Positions 48,447 through 61,328 of a DNA stretch of 64,000 nucleotides are shown here, piece after piece. A model generated the notes under the pieces. That model worked only from the letters and a program-made list of their open reading frames with translations. It searched no databases and was not told the DNA's origin. How positions within the stretch are numbered: the first letter of the stretch is position 1; the number at the start of each line of letters is the position of its first letter. The translations under genes were made by a program, and so were the position numbers. Source of the stretch: the human T2T-CHM13v2.0 reference genome, Homo sapiens; assembly GCF_009914755.1 (NCBI RefSeq), contig NC_060942.1; one strand, 5' to 3'.

Positions 48447-49901
48447 TGTGTCCGGAATTGGTGGGTTCTTGGTCTCACTGACTTCAAGAATGAAGCCACG
48501 GACCTTCGCAGTGAGTGTTACAGTTCTTAAAGACGGTGTGTTCGGAGTTTGTTCCTTCTGATGTTCACACACATTCGGAGTTTATTCCCTCTGGTGGGTT
48601 CGTGGTCTCGCTGGCTTCAGGAGTGAAGCTGCAGACATTTGTGGTGAGTGTTACAGCTCTTAAGGCAGTGCGTCTGGAGTTGTTCATTCCTTCTGTCTGG
48701 AGTTGTTCATTCCTCCTGGTGGGTTCGTGGTCTCACTGGCCTCAAGAGTGAAGCTGCAGACTTTTGCAGTGAGTGTTACAGCACATAAAGGCAGTGCAGA
48801 CCCAAAGAGTGAGCAGCAGCAAGATTTATTGCAAAGAGCAAAAGAACAAAGCTTCCACACTATAGAAGGGGACTGTGGGTTGCCACTGCTGGCTCGCACA
48901 GCCTGCTTTTATTCCCTTATCTGGCCTCACCCACAACCTGCTGATTGGTTCATTTTACAGAGAGCTGATTGGTCCGTTTTGACAGGGTGCTGATTGGTGT
49001 GTTTACAATCCCTGAGCTGGACACAAAAGTTCTCCAAGTCCCCACTAGATTAGCTAGACACAGAGCACTGATTGGTGCATTTACAAACCTGGAGCTAGAC
49101 ACAGGGTGCTCATTGGTGCATTTACAAACCTTGAGCTAGACACAGAGTGCTGATTGGTGTGTTTACAATCCTTGAGCTAGACACAGAGTGCTGATTGGTG
49201 TATTTACAATCCCTTAGCTAGACATAAAGGTTTTCCAAGTCCCCACTAGACTCAGGAGCCCAGCTGGCTTCACCTAATGGATCCTGCACTGGGGCCACAG
49301 GCGGAGCTGCCCACCAGTCCAGTGCCGTGCACCCGCACTCCTCAGCGCTTGGGCGGTTGGTGGGACCAGGCGCCGTGGAGCAGGGAGCAGCGCTCGTCGG
49401 GGAGGCTCAGGCAGTGCAGGAGCCCACAGAGTGGGGAGGAGGCTCGGGCATGGTGGGCTGTAGGTCAGGAGCCCTGCTCTGTGGGGAGGCAGCTGAGGCC
49501 CAGTGAGAATTCGAGCGTAGTGCCAGCGGGCTGGCACTGCTGGGTGACCCGGCGCACCCTCCACAGCTTCTGGCCCAGGTGCTGAGCCCCTCACTGCCTG
49601 GGGCTGGTGGTGCCAGCCAGCTGGCTGCTCCGAGTGTGGGGCCCGCCGAGCCCATGCCCACCTGGAACTCGCGCTGGCCCGCAAGTGCCTCGCGCAGCCC
49701 TGGTTCCCGCCCGCGCCTCTCCCTCCACACCCCGCAAGCAGAGGGAGCTGGCTCCGGCCTCGGCCAGCCCAGAGAGGGGCTCCCATAGTGCAGCGGCGGG
49801 CTGAAGGGCTCCTCAAGTGTGGCCAGAGTGGGCGCCAAGGCCAAGGAGGCACTGAGACCGGGCGAGGGCTGCGAGGGCTGCCAGCACGCTGTCACCTCTC
49901 A
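48447..49901 (-). mobile_element. ERV9 solo LTR (LTR12C/D-type), 1455 bp, with 4-bp TSD
   Basis: Minus strand starts tgagaggtgacagcgtgctggc and ends aattccggacaca. Tandem gctagacacagagtgctgattgg repeats; CpG-rich U3. TSD atct at 48443-48446 and 49902-49905. Confidence 0.97.
48900..49260 (-). promoter_or_regulatory. LTR12 NF-Y (CCAAT) array and TATA-like box, promoter facing left
   Basis: Seven attgg (CCAAT on the minus strand) between ~48944 and ~49198, followed on the minus strand by gaataaaagc at ~48905-48914. Confidence 0.75.
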
Positions 49902-50199
49902 ATCTCATGGGAGGTTCATAACCATTAGCTAAATTAAGGACCCCATTTCTTGTATCTAATGGGAAATAATGCCTCTGCCTTGCTGTCCTCAGGGTTTTGT
50001 GGGAATCATATTATATCCTAGTAGGAAAAAATGCTGCGTAGACTATCAAGTACTATATGGAAATGTGAAGTATTGGTACCTTTAGCCTATGGTCTAGGGT
50101 GAATCCAGATTAGAGCTTTGCTTCAGATTCAAGACAGTGAGGTAGAATTCCCCTGTTTAACTTTGAAATACACTTTGTAATATAAGCTAATTTATAATA

Positions 50200-50470
50200 T
50201 TAGAATCTGTGAATTTGAAAAGAGTTTGAAAATTATGTAGTCCAACAACTTATTTGATATTGAAATTTTCTTCACCACATTCCTGATATTCAGCCTCTGC
50301 TTAAATGCTTTAAGTGACTGGGAGGTCATTCTGCTCTTCTTCAAAGCAACTCCTGGTGATGCACATTTTAGCTGTTAGAATATTCTTGTCTGTGATGAGC
50401 TGATACCTGTTTTCCTGTGACATCCACACAGTGGTTTTTATCCCCATTTGGAATCTATGTCAGAATGTAT
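50200..50470 (-). mobile_element. L3/CR1 LINE relic
   Basis: tagtccaac...cagcctctgcttaaatgctttaagtgactgggagg...tgttagaatattctt resembles the CR1 3' region. Confidence 0.6.
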
Positions 50471-52982
50471 TCTGTTCCTTCAAAGCTCCTCTCTCAGCTG
50501 TCTTCATTGATTCCACTTTGCTTGGGACATACTCCACCCCTGCTCAGGGCAGTAGAAATCTGGGGATTGCTGCTGTCCAAATACACCAGACCATCTGACA
50601 AGAATGGCAATGATCATTTAAGCTACAATTCAGGAAAGAACATGTGCCAGCTGCTTCCCACCAGGGCTCCCATTAGTTTGTCATTTCCTTGTGTTACTTT
50701 ACTGCTTCCATGACAGGGGCATGCCAGTTATCAAACATTTCCTCCAGGTCCCTGATTTTGTCTCTCCTCAAGTGTTCCCAGTTGCAAACACTTACTTACT
50801 TGCATACTACATTGCGCTGATGTCCTTTCAACCCTCCTCTCATTATCTGCCAGAAGAGAAATTGCTCACCTCTTGTCAAAGGATCCTGATCCTCCAGTGA
50901 TTTTCTTGGCTTTATGCTAACTGGCTGTGTGACCTTGAACAAGTTATCTCTTCTTTCTGTGATTAGTTATTCTGTCAGGTTTTTCCAAAATCAAAAATTT
51001 TGAATTTAAGATTCTGTGTGATTCTCATTTTTAAAAATTAGAATTTAAAAACATACTTACCTTCAAAGCTTGTTAATAATTTAATTAAATAACAATTTGT
51101 CAGGTAACCATCAGGGCTATAGATGGTTCTAGATATCAATGGGGTATATAATAATTCTGGATCATTTTTCAAACCAGTTTATCTTCATAGAAAGATAATA
51201 CATGTTTAAAACAGGGTAATTAATAAGTTTTGGAATTAAATTCTACTTAGATGAATCAAAAAGGGAAAATAAGTAGACAACTGTTGGTTGCTGTATTGGA
51301 GACTTGAATTTTATATTGCTGCTTATGGCTAGGCTTACTAGTGAAGGGCAGATAATTTAGAATTAGATAACCTGGTTCTAAAACTTGGCTCCTTTTCACT
51401 AGAGAGGTGAAAGGGGGACAAGTTTTTAACTTCTCTGTTTTTCAATTTCTTTATTTGAAGTTGGATTTATTAACAAAACTAATTTGTAGATTTCATGTGA
51501 GGATAAATGAAGTAATACCTACAGAGCCCTGGAAAAAGAGTCTGCTACACAGTAATTATTCATTAATTCACATCTTTCAGAGTCTGTGCTGTATTTCCAT
51601 TGGTAGTCTCTTCTACTTGTTTTTCTAGTGTTTCTTACAATCCTTACTATCTCATTGTACTAAAATTTCAAGATACTTCAGCAAAGGGAAAGGTCAGCAC
51701 TTATTTTGGAAGATTTGTGGTGAAGTTGATGAAGTCATAAGCTTGGGGATGGAGGTGTAAATTCCTATGATGATAGCTTAGGGTGGTATAAATAGGAAAA
51801 CAAGCAAGTCCCAATAAAAGATACATGATTTATTTGTTGTTTCAATGTCTTTGCATTAAGCAGTAATAGCAGGAACCCCCTTTACATTTCAGGCAAGGGA
51901 ATTGAGTTGGGTAAATAAGAGCATGACTCTTCAGTATGGAATCAAGGATTTTTTCCCCTTATTATTTAAAACATACTTCCAAAAATGTAAAGAAAATGCT
52001 TTTATATTAATACATATTATGCATGTTCCTGAGTATGATATCATGGTAATTTCTCTAAAGAAGAGAAAAGATAACCACAAAATTGAGACTTAGACATGCC
52101 TAATGGTCTTCTCATTCATGGCACATACACTAGAAATGAAATATTCTCTTTGATGGTTATTGGTACTTCCTGTTTGAAGATTATACTGCCTTCAACCAGC
52201 TTTCAGTCTCTGTGTGTCTCCTAGGTAAGAGAAAAAAATGTCACCTATTTAGTCAGTCTTCCTCCCTTCTATATTCACAGTGGCATTAGGTTAGGTGGCT
52301 TGGCAAAATTACAAAGCTTCTCTGCAATAAGAGCCCCATATTCCCACCCAAGTGGAGTGGAGTGGAACCCTCCTCTTCCACGTATCCCTAAGTCAGAGCT
52401 AAGTACTCACTTACTCCTTTTTCTTTAATCTTGTGGGCAGTTAAAATGCCTGGTCAAGAGGACAGAACAAGTGTCCAGATTCCTCCTTGCTTTCTTTGTC
52501 TCAGGAATAGGACAGCATAGGTAGTACTACATTCTCCTTCCATGTTCCAAAATTCAATTGAAAAATGCCTATTTAAGGGTGTTAAACTTTGTCAAGTGAT
52601 TTCTAGACACAGAGCCAAAGAGTCCCTCATAGTTAAGTTGAGTGATATTATTAGCTAGTGGCCAGATATAGTAATATGTGAGGATAGTTGGAATTAAGTG
52701 GAGAGATAGAACACTACACTTGAGTAGAACGTACTGGATTTGAGTTCTAACCTCACCCCTACTATTATGTGGTCTTGGAAAATAAACTTACATTTTAGAG
52801 AAATAATGTAGCAGTTTCTAAATAGGCATATAATTCCTCAGAATATCATTGAAATGACTTGCCTCAAAAACTATAAATTATTAATATAAAAATTAGAATA
52901 ATAATGATCCATACTTCAGGCAAGATGCAGGTTTCAGCACCAAGGAGAGCTCCCAGTGAGTGAGTTAACTGAAATAGTCTGT

Positions 52983-55900
52983 ATTTTATTTTTTTATTTT
53001 TTCAAATTTTATTTTAGATTCAGGAGCCACATATTCAGGTTTGTTACCTTGGGATATTGTATGATTGTGAGGTTTGGGGTATGAATGATCTTGCCACCCA
53101 AGAACTGAGCATAGTACCCAAAAGTTTTTCAACTCTTTTCACCTCCTCCCTCAGTAGCCCTGAATGTCTATTACTGCCATCTTTATATTCAAGAGTACCC
53201 CATATTTAGCTCCCACTTATAAGTGAAAACGTGCAGTATTTGGTTTTCTGTTCCTGAATTAATTCGCTTAGGATAATGGCCTCTAGTTGCATCCATGTTG
53301 CTGCAAAGAACATGATTTCATTTTTTTATGGCTGCATACTCTTCCGTGGTGTATATTTACCAAATTTTCCTTCCATAATCCACCATTGATGGGCACCTAG
53401 GTTTATTCTATGTCTTTGCTAGTGTGAGTAGCATAGCAATGAACATACAAGTGCATATGTCTTTTGATTTATTTTCCTTTGGGTTTATATTCAGTTAACA
53501 GGACTGCTGGATCAAATGACAGTTCTGTCTTAAGTTCTTTGAGAAATCTCCAAACTGTTTTCCACAGTGGCTGAACTAACTTACATTCATACCAACAGTG
53601 TATAAGCATTCCCTTTCCTTTGCAGCCTCACCAACATCTGTTATTTTTTGACTTTTTAAGAATAGCTATCCTGACTGATGTGAGATGGTATCTCACTGTG
53701 GTTTTTATTTGCATTTTTCTGATGATTAGTTATGTAGAGCATTTTTTTTTATATGCTTGGCTGCTTGTATGTCTTCTTTTGAGAAGTGTTCATGTCTTAT
53801 ACCCATTTTAATTTTTTTTTTTTGCATGTTCAATTGTACTTTATCATAGACTATTTGGATATTAGACCTTTGTTGGATGCAGAACTTATGAATCTATTCT
53901 CCTATTATGTAGGTTGTCTGTTTAGTCTGTTGGTAGTTTCTTTTGCTGCACAGAAGCTCTTTAGTTTAACTAGGTCTCACTTGAAAATTTTTGTTTTTGT
54001 TTCCAATTGCTTTTGAGGACTTAACAATAAATTTTTTCCCAAGGCTGATGTCCAGAATGGTGTTTCCTAGGTTTTCTTCTAGGATTCTCATAGTTTGAGG
54101 TCTTATATTGAAATCTTTACTCCACCTTAAGTTAATTTTTGCATATTGTGAAAGGTAGTGTCCAGTTTCATTCATCTTCATGTGACTCACCAGCTATTCT
54201 AACACCATTTATTGAACAGGGAGTCCTTTCCCTTTTACTTATTTTTGTTGACTTTGTCAAAGATCAGATGCCTGTGGGTGTGTGGCTTTATTTCCGGGTT
54301 CTCTATTCTATTTCACTGGTCTACATGTCTGTTTTTGTGCCAGTGCCATGCTGATTTGGTTACTGTAGCCTTATAGAATAGTTGAAGTTGGGTAATGTGA
54401 TGCCTTCATCTTTGTTCTTTTTGTTCAGGATTCCTTTGGCTATTTGGGCTCTTTTTTTGATCTGTATACTTTTAGCATAGTTTTCCTAATTATGTGAAAA
54501 ATGATGTTGGAAATTTGATAGGAATATCATTGAATCTGTATATTGCTTTGGGCAATATGACCGTTTTAATTACATTGATCCTTCAAATCCATTAGCTTGG
54601 ATTTTTTTTTCTATTTGTTTGTGTCATCTGTGATTTCTTTTAGTACTTCTTTTAGTACTGTTTTGTAGTGTTCCTTGCAGAGATCTTTCACCTCCTTGTT
54701 TAGATGTATTCCTAGGTATTTAATTTTTTTGTGGCTTTTGAAAATGGGACTGTGTTCTTTCTTTGGCTTTCAACTTAATGTTGTTGGTATATAAAAAGGG
54801 TACTGATTTTTGTACATTGATTTTTGTATCCTGAAATCTTGCTAAAATCATTTATCAGTTCTAACAGCCTTTTGGTGAAGTCCCTAGGGTTTTCTAAGTA
54901 TAGAATCATTTTATCAATGGGTTGAAATAATTTGACTTCTCTTCCAATTTGGCTGCTTTTCTATTTATTCGTCTTGCCTGATTGCGCTGGCTAGTGCTTA
55001 CAGTTCTATTTCGATTAAGTGTAGTAAGAGTGGGCATCCTTGCCTTGTTCTAATTCTCAAGGGGAATGCTTCCAGTTTTTGCCTGTTCAGTATGATATTG
55101 TCTGTGCATTTGTCATAAATGGCTCTTATTTTGAGGTAGGTTCCTTTGATGCCTTATTTCTTGAGGGTTTTCATCATTAAGGGATGTTAGATTTTATCAA
55201 AAGCTTTTTTCCATGTCTATTGAGATGACCATATGGTTTTAAATTCTGTTTATATGATAAATCATATTTATTGATTTGCTCATGTTGAAACAACTTGTCA
55301 TCCCAGGAATGAAGCCCGTTTGTGGTCAATCAACTTGTTGATGTGCTGTTGAATTTGGTATGCTAATAGTTTTTGGGCATATTTGTGTCTACGTTCATAA
55401 GGGATATTGGCCTGTAGTTTTCTTTTTTTGTTGTATCTCTGTCAGGTTTTGTTATCGGGGTGATGCTGGTTTCATAGAGTGAGTTAGGAAGGCGTCCCTC
55501 ATCCTTGATTTTTTTGGAATAGTTTCAGTAAATTTGGTACCAGTTTTTTTTTTGTATGTCTGGAAGAATTCAGTTTTTAATCCATCTGGCCCAGGGCTTT
55601 TCTTGGTTGGTAGATTTTTTATTACTGATTCAATTTCAGAATCAATATTGGTCTGTTCATTGTTTCAATTTTTTCTTTATTCAATCTTAGGAGATTGTGT
55701 TTCTAGGAATTTACTTATTTCCTCTAGATTTCCTAGTTTGTTTGCATAGAAACGTTTTTGTAATTATAAATGTGCTGTCTAATCATCTCTGAGGATCTTT
55801 TGAATTTCTGTGGGATCAGTTATAATGTTAGTTTCTGATTGTGTTTGCTTGAATCTTCTCTTTTCTTTTGTTACTCTAATTAGAAGTCTAGCAATCTTAT

Positions 55901-58900
55901 TTATCCTTTCAAAAAACCAACTTTTGGTTTCACTGATTCTTTGAATGGATTTTTGAGTCTCATTTTTGTTCAGTTTAGCTCTGTTTTTAGTTATTTCTTT
56001 TCTTCTGCTAGCTTTAGGGCTAGTGCTTGTTTTTCTAGTTCTTCTAAGTACGAAGTTACATCATTAATTTGAGATTTTTCTGCTTTTGGGGGGTAGGTGT
56101 TTAGCATTGTAAACTTTCCTCTTAACATTGCTTTTGCAGCATCCCAGATAGTTTGGTATATTGTGTTTCTGTTTGCATTTATTTCAAAAATTTTAAAATT
56201 TCTGCCTTGATTTCATTGTTTACACAAAAGTCATTCAGGAGGAAGTTGTTAAATTTCCATGTAATTGTGTGATTTTTGAGAAATCTTCTTGATATTGATT
56301 TTCTATTTTTATTCCACTGTGGTCCAAGAGTATGGTTAGCATGATTTTTAAAAATTCATTGAGAATTGCTTTATGGCTGAGCATGGGGACAATCTTGAAG
56401 TATGTTGTGTGTGCAGATGAGAGGAACATGTATTTGTAGTTGATAGGTGGAGTATTCTGTACATCTCTGTTCTGTACCTGTATGTGATCTTCCCGCCATA
56501 CTCCATTGGCCCATACTCTATTCGCTAAGTGTCAAGTTTCAGTTCAGAATTTCTTTATTAGATTCCTGCCTCAATGACCTATCTAATGCTGTCAGCGGGG
56601 TGTTGAAGTTCCCCACTATTACTGTGTAGTTCTTCAAGTCTTTTTTTTTGTACGTCTAGAAGTACTTGTTTTATGAATCTGGATGCTTCAATGTTGGGTG
56701 CATTTTATATTTGGGATAGTTATGTCTCCTTGGTGAGTGAAACACTTTATCATCATATAATGCCCTTCTTTGTCCTTTTGTTTTACTGTTGTTGATTTAA
56801 AATCTCTTTTATCTGACATAAAAATAGTGACCTCTGGTATTTTCTGTTTTCTGTTTGCATTGTAGATCTTTCTCCAACCCTTTACTTTGAGCCTGTGGGT
56901 GTCATTACATGTGAGATGAGTCTCTTGAAAACAGTGAATGGATGGGAGTTATACTTTTTATTCAACTTGTCACTCTGTGTCTTTTAAGTGGGGTATTTAG
57001 GTCATTTACAGTCAAGGTTAATACTTATATGTTAGGTTTTGATCCTATCATGAAGTTGTTATCTGGTTACTTTGTAGTTTTTATCATGTGATTGCTTTAT
57101 AGGGTAGGCTATTTACGTATGTGTGTCTTTTAGTGGTAGCAGGTATCATTATTTTGTTTCCATCTTTAGAACTCCCTTAAAGATCCTTTGTAAGGCTCGC
57201 TAGTTGTAATACATTCCCTTGATGCTTGCTTGTCTGGAAAAAAAATTTACTTTTTCTTCACTTATGACACTTAGTTTGGCAGGATACAAAATTCTTAGTT
57301 GGAATTTCTTTTTTAAAGAATGCTGAAAACAGGCCCCCAATCTCTCCTGATGATATGGTTTTGCGTGTCCCCACCCAAATCTCATCTTGATTTGTAATTC
57401 CCATAATCTCCACATGTGGTGGGAGGGACCCCGTGGGACATAAAATCATGGGGCAGTTTCCTCCATGCTATTCTCATGATAGTGAGTAAGTTCTCACGAG
57501 ACCTGATGGTTTTATAAGGGGCTTCCCTCTTTGCTTGGCTCTCATTCTTCTTCCTGCCACCCTGTGAGGAAAGATGTATTTGCTTCCCTTTCTTCCATGA
57601 CCATAAATTTCCTGAGGCCTCCCCAGACATGCTGAACTGTGAGTCAATTAAACCTCTTTCCTTTATAAATTACCCAGTCTCAGGTATGTCTTTATTAGCA
57701 GTGTGAGAACAGACTAATATACCTGACTTGTCAGGTTTCTGCTGATAAATCTGCTGTTAGCCTGGTGGGGTTTTCCATTGTACATAATCTGTTCTTTTCG
57801 TCTAGTTTCCTTTAAGGTTTTTTTCTTCAGTGTTGGCTGTGGACAGTCTGGTGAGTAGAGATGCCTTGGTGATGTTCATTTTGTATAGTGTTTTGCAGGT
57901 ATTCTCTGGATTTCTAATAAATGGGTGTCTACCTCTCTAACAAGATTAGAGAAGTTTTCTTGGATTATTCTCTCAAATATATTTTAGAGGTTGTTTATTA
58001 TTCTGCTTCTCTCTCAGGAATGCCAATAATCCATAGGTTTGGTTGTTTCACATATCCCATATTCCTCAAAGACTTTGCTTGTTTTTTAAAATTTTGTTTT
58101 TTTTTTAATTTTTGTCTGACTGGGTTGGTTGAAAAGAACAGTCTTCAAGCTCTGAAATTCTTTCTTCTGCTTGATCGAGTCTACTGATAAAGCTTTCAGT
58201 TATATTTTGAAATTCCATAAGTGAGTTTTTAAATTCCAGAGGCTCTGATTGATTTCTTTTAAAGATGTTTATCTCTTCCCTCATTTCCCAGATTGCTTTA
58301 AAACTTCTTTGTGTTGATTTTCAACCTTGTCTTAGATCTCATTGACTTCCTTGAATCCATGCTGTTAATTCTTTATTGTGTCATTTCTGAGTTTCCATTT
58401 TGGTAAGGATCATTGCTGGAGATCCAGTGCAATTATTTGGCGGTGTTACTACATTCAGATTTTTCATGATGCCAGAATTATTGCACTCATTCTTTCGCAT
58501 CTGGATGCACTGGTAATTCTAGTTTTAGAATTATTTTCCTGTGTGTAGAATTTTAAATTTTTATTTTTTAACGTATAAATTTGTTGGGTTTTTTTCCCCT
58601 TTCCCCTCTCCTTAGGGTGTGTGACTATAGAGAATGCTGGGTAGGGTGTTTTGGATTTGCTTCTATAGCCATATGCATTTCTTTTGGCAGGTTTTATATG
58701 GGGCTATAGAGTTCAACCTACAAGCCCATAGATGGTGCTTACAGGTAAAAGCCAGCTGTGGCAAACGTGGCTGGGTATATATTTAACCCTTGTTTACTGG
58801 CAGAAGTTCTCTGTTACCTCAGGCAGTGGGCTGATTCATGTAATTTATAGTGGCCTGAGCTCCCTGCTCAGACCTAAGGGGAGTGGGGGCAATGAAGGGC

Positions 58901-60090
58901 AGGGCCATACCAGACAGGTCTGCCTGGGGGTCCTCCAATGGCAGGCACAGGCACCAACACCGAGAAAGAATCCTGTGGGCAGCCACCAAGCACTGAGAAG
59001 GGTGCCTAGTTGTGAGGCTGGGAAACTACCTCAGCTCCAAGTTCTCTGAACAGGGATGGAAGATGATCTAAACTTCTAATCTAGAAGAGTAGGTGCTCCA
59101 GATGCCTAAAGATCTGCCTGAGCACGGAGCAGAGATCCCACCCTCCAACACCAGGATATATGCACAGGAAGGGTGGGGTATCTCAGGCTCCTTATCCAAG
59201 TGATCTTGTGCCCTGAGTGCCTGGAGATCTGCCTTCATGTGGAGCAGAGAGAGTCTCGCTGCATCATGATTAATGTGTAGGAAGGGTGGGGCAGCTCTAG
59301 CTACTGTTCCAGGAAAGTAGGTGCCCCAAATGCCTGGATTTCTGCCTAGGGGTGGAACAGAGAGGGCCTCACGCTGTACCACGATCTCAGGAAAGCAGGG
59401 TGGAGTACCCAGCAATGGTACACATAGATCAGTTCCAGTTCATCAAGCTAGTTCTAACTGTAGATGTAGCAGCTCTCCTCCTGCTCCAGGCTTGCAACAG
59501 GGTAAAGCACAATTTTAGCCCTACTGCTGAGGCGATTTCCACAGTTCTGGCTGTGGGGGGCCCCACCCCATTCCAGAGGAGGTGCTCCAATCTCTGGCCT
59601 GACTAAGATGCCTGTGTAGCCACACTGCTGGGTTGCCAAGTAATAGCTGAATTTGGATGTGCCCAGATTAAAAAATGGCATCCTGTTCTTGGTCCTTGGT
59701 CTGGGAAAATGTCTGCAGCTTTTCCAAGTGTCTCTTTCCCTCACAGTATCTCCAGGGCTCTCCACAAGTTAGCTCCAGAACTTGGGAGAAACAAAATGTT
59801 CTTCCTCAGCCTCAGTTGCTCAGATCCCCAGTGGGAAGTTAAGTTACAGAGAGAGGCTCTCTGCCTCTCTCACGTACTGGGACTTCACTCACTTCTGTCA
59901 ACTAGGTGCTGTCATGGGGGCTGCTTGCCACCATCCTCCTCTCCTCAATCTGGGGTGTCTTTTACAATTCTGGTTGATTCCTGTTTTTCTTCTTGACTTA
60001 AAGCTCCCACAGTTGATCTTTATGTACTGTCTCACAATTTCCAAGTGGCTGAGCCATGCTGAAAACCCCTAATCCACCATCTTGGAGGAA
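52983..60090 (-). mobile_element. Near full-length old L1PA (L1PA15/16-like), decayed, with nested THE1
   Basis: Continuous antisense 3'UTR, ORF2, ORF1 and GC-richer 5'UTR. The minus strand starts near cctccaagatggtggattag. No long ORFs remain. Confidence 0.88.
57351..57721 (+). mobile_element. THE1 (THE1B-like) MaLR solo LTR inside L1 ORF1, with 5-bp TSD
   Basis: tgatatggttt...ccccacccaaatctcatcttga...gagtcaattaaacctctttcc...agactaatata. TSD cctga at 57346-57350 and 57722-57726. Confidence 0.95.
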
Positions 60091-60650
60091 AAAAAGAGAC
60101 AATTATTCTTATGTAGGCCTCTATCTTATTGAAATGTGCTTCCTGGGTCAATGTATTCACTCATTTATTCACCAAATATACTTTAAATGCCCACTAACTG
60201 CCAGATGTAATGCTAAACCCTAGAGATACAGTGGTGAACATGGAATGTACCATCTTTTCCTTATGAAGCTCTATGACTCAAAAGACATGTACTCTAAAAC
60301 TGTGTCAGAAATTTCCTTGAGAGTGGAATCATTTCAATACTTACTGAACAACTAATCATTCAATGCCTTATAGATGGGATTTCCATATATTTTGTTACTT
60401 ATCAATATAACCATTAAAGTCTCCCATGATGATGAATATAAGGAAAGGAATAAAAACCCAGTCAGAGGCTGGAGTAGAGTGTTATTTCCACCATACTCTA
60501 TTGGCCCAAGCAGCTCACAGAGTCTGCTCAGAATGAAAGGGAGAGTACAAAGACTCTACATATTGATAATGTGATCTTGAGGGGGAAGGTCACGTTGTAG
60601 ACAAGCGTGTAGCAAGGGACATATTATATTACATTTTGGAAATGTGTACT

Positions 60651-61041
60651 TGTATTATCTGTTCTCACATTGCAATAAAGAACTACCTGAGACTGGGTAG
60701 TTTATTAAAAAAAAGGTGTTTAATTGACTCACAGTTATGCAGGCTGTACAGAAGGCATGGCTGGGGAGGCCTCAGGAAATGTACAATCATGGCTGGGGGA
60801 AGAGGGAAAGGAGAAGCAAGCACATCTTTACATGGCTGGTAAGAGAGAGAGAGCACGAGTGAAGAGGGAAGTGCTACACACTTTCAAACAACCAGATCTT
60901 GTGATAACTCACTATCATGAGAACAGCAAGGGGGAAATCTCCCTGCATGATCCAATCACTTCCCATCAAGTCCCTCATCCAACATTGGGGATTACAATTC
61001 AACATGAGATTTGGGTGGGGACACAGAGCCAAATCATATTA
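60651..61041 (-). mobile_element. MSTA-like MaLR solo LTR
   Basis: tgtattatctgttctcacattgcaataaagaactacctgagactggg...gggacacagagccaaatcatatta. Near-TSD gtact/gtatt. Confidence 0.9.
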
Positions 61042-61328
61042 GTATTCTTCAAGTCTATTTTTATCTTTATGTAATTACATCTATTATCTACAGGATAGAT
61101 ATGTTGTTGCTATATACCCATTTCATTTTATAGATGATAAAACCGAAAAATAAGCTATTTGAATATTTAATTTTCATACATGGAAATTGACAGGGGAGAA
61201 AAAAATCCTGTGTCTGATAGATTTTCTCATGATTCACAGAGTTACATGTTGGTTACAAATGCTGATTATGTTGGAACCCAAACATTCTATTTGTTGAGTG
61301 AATGAGTTAGTGAATGAAAATGAATTGA

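Noticed and set aside
48940-49230. Regularly spaced ~41-bp repeats resembling a CRISPR array
   Set aside because: These are the known LTR12 tandem CCAAT repeats; there are no unique spacers and no cas genes, and the context is eukaryotic.
49274-49895. 162-192 aa GC-rich ORFs and CpG-island-like composition
   Set aside because: Entirely inside the LTR12 U3, where high GC makes stop codons rare.
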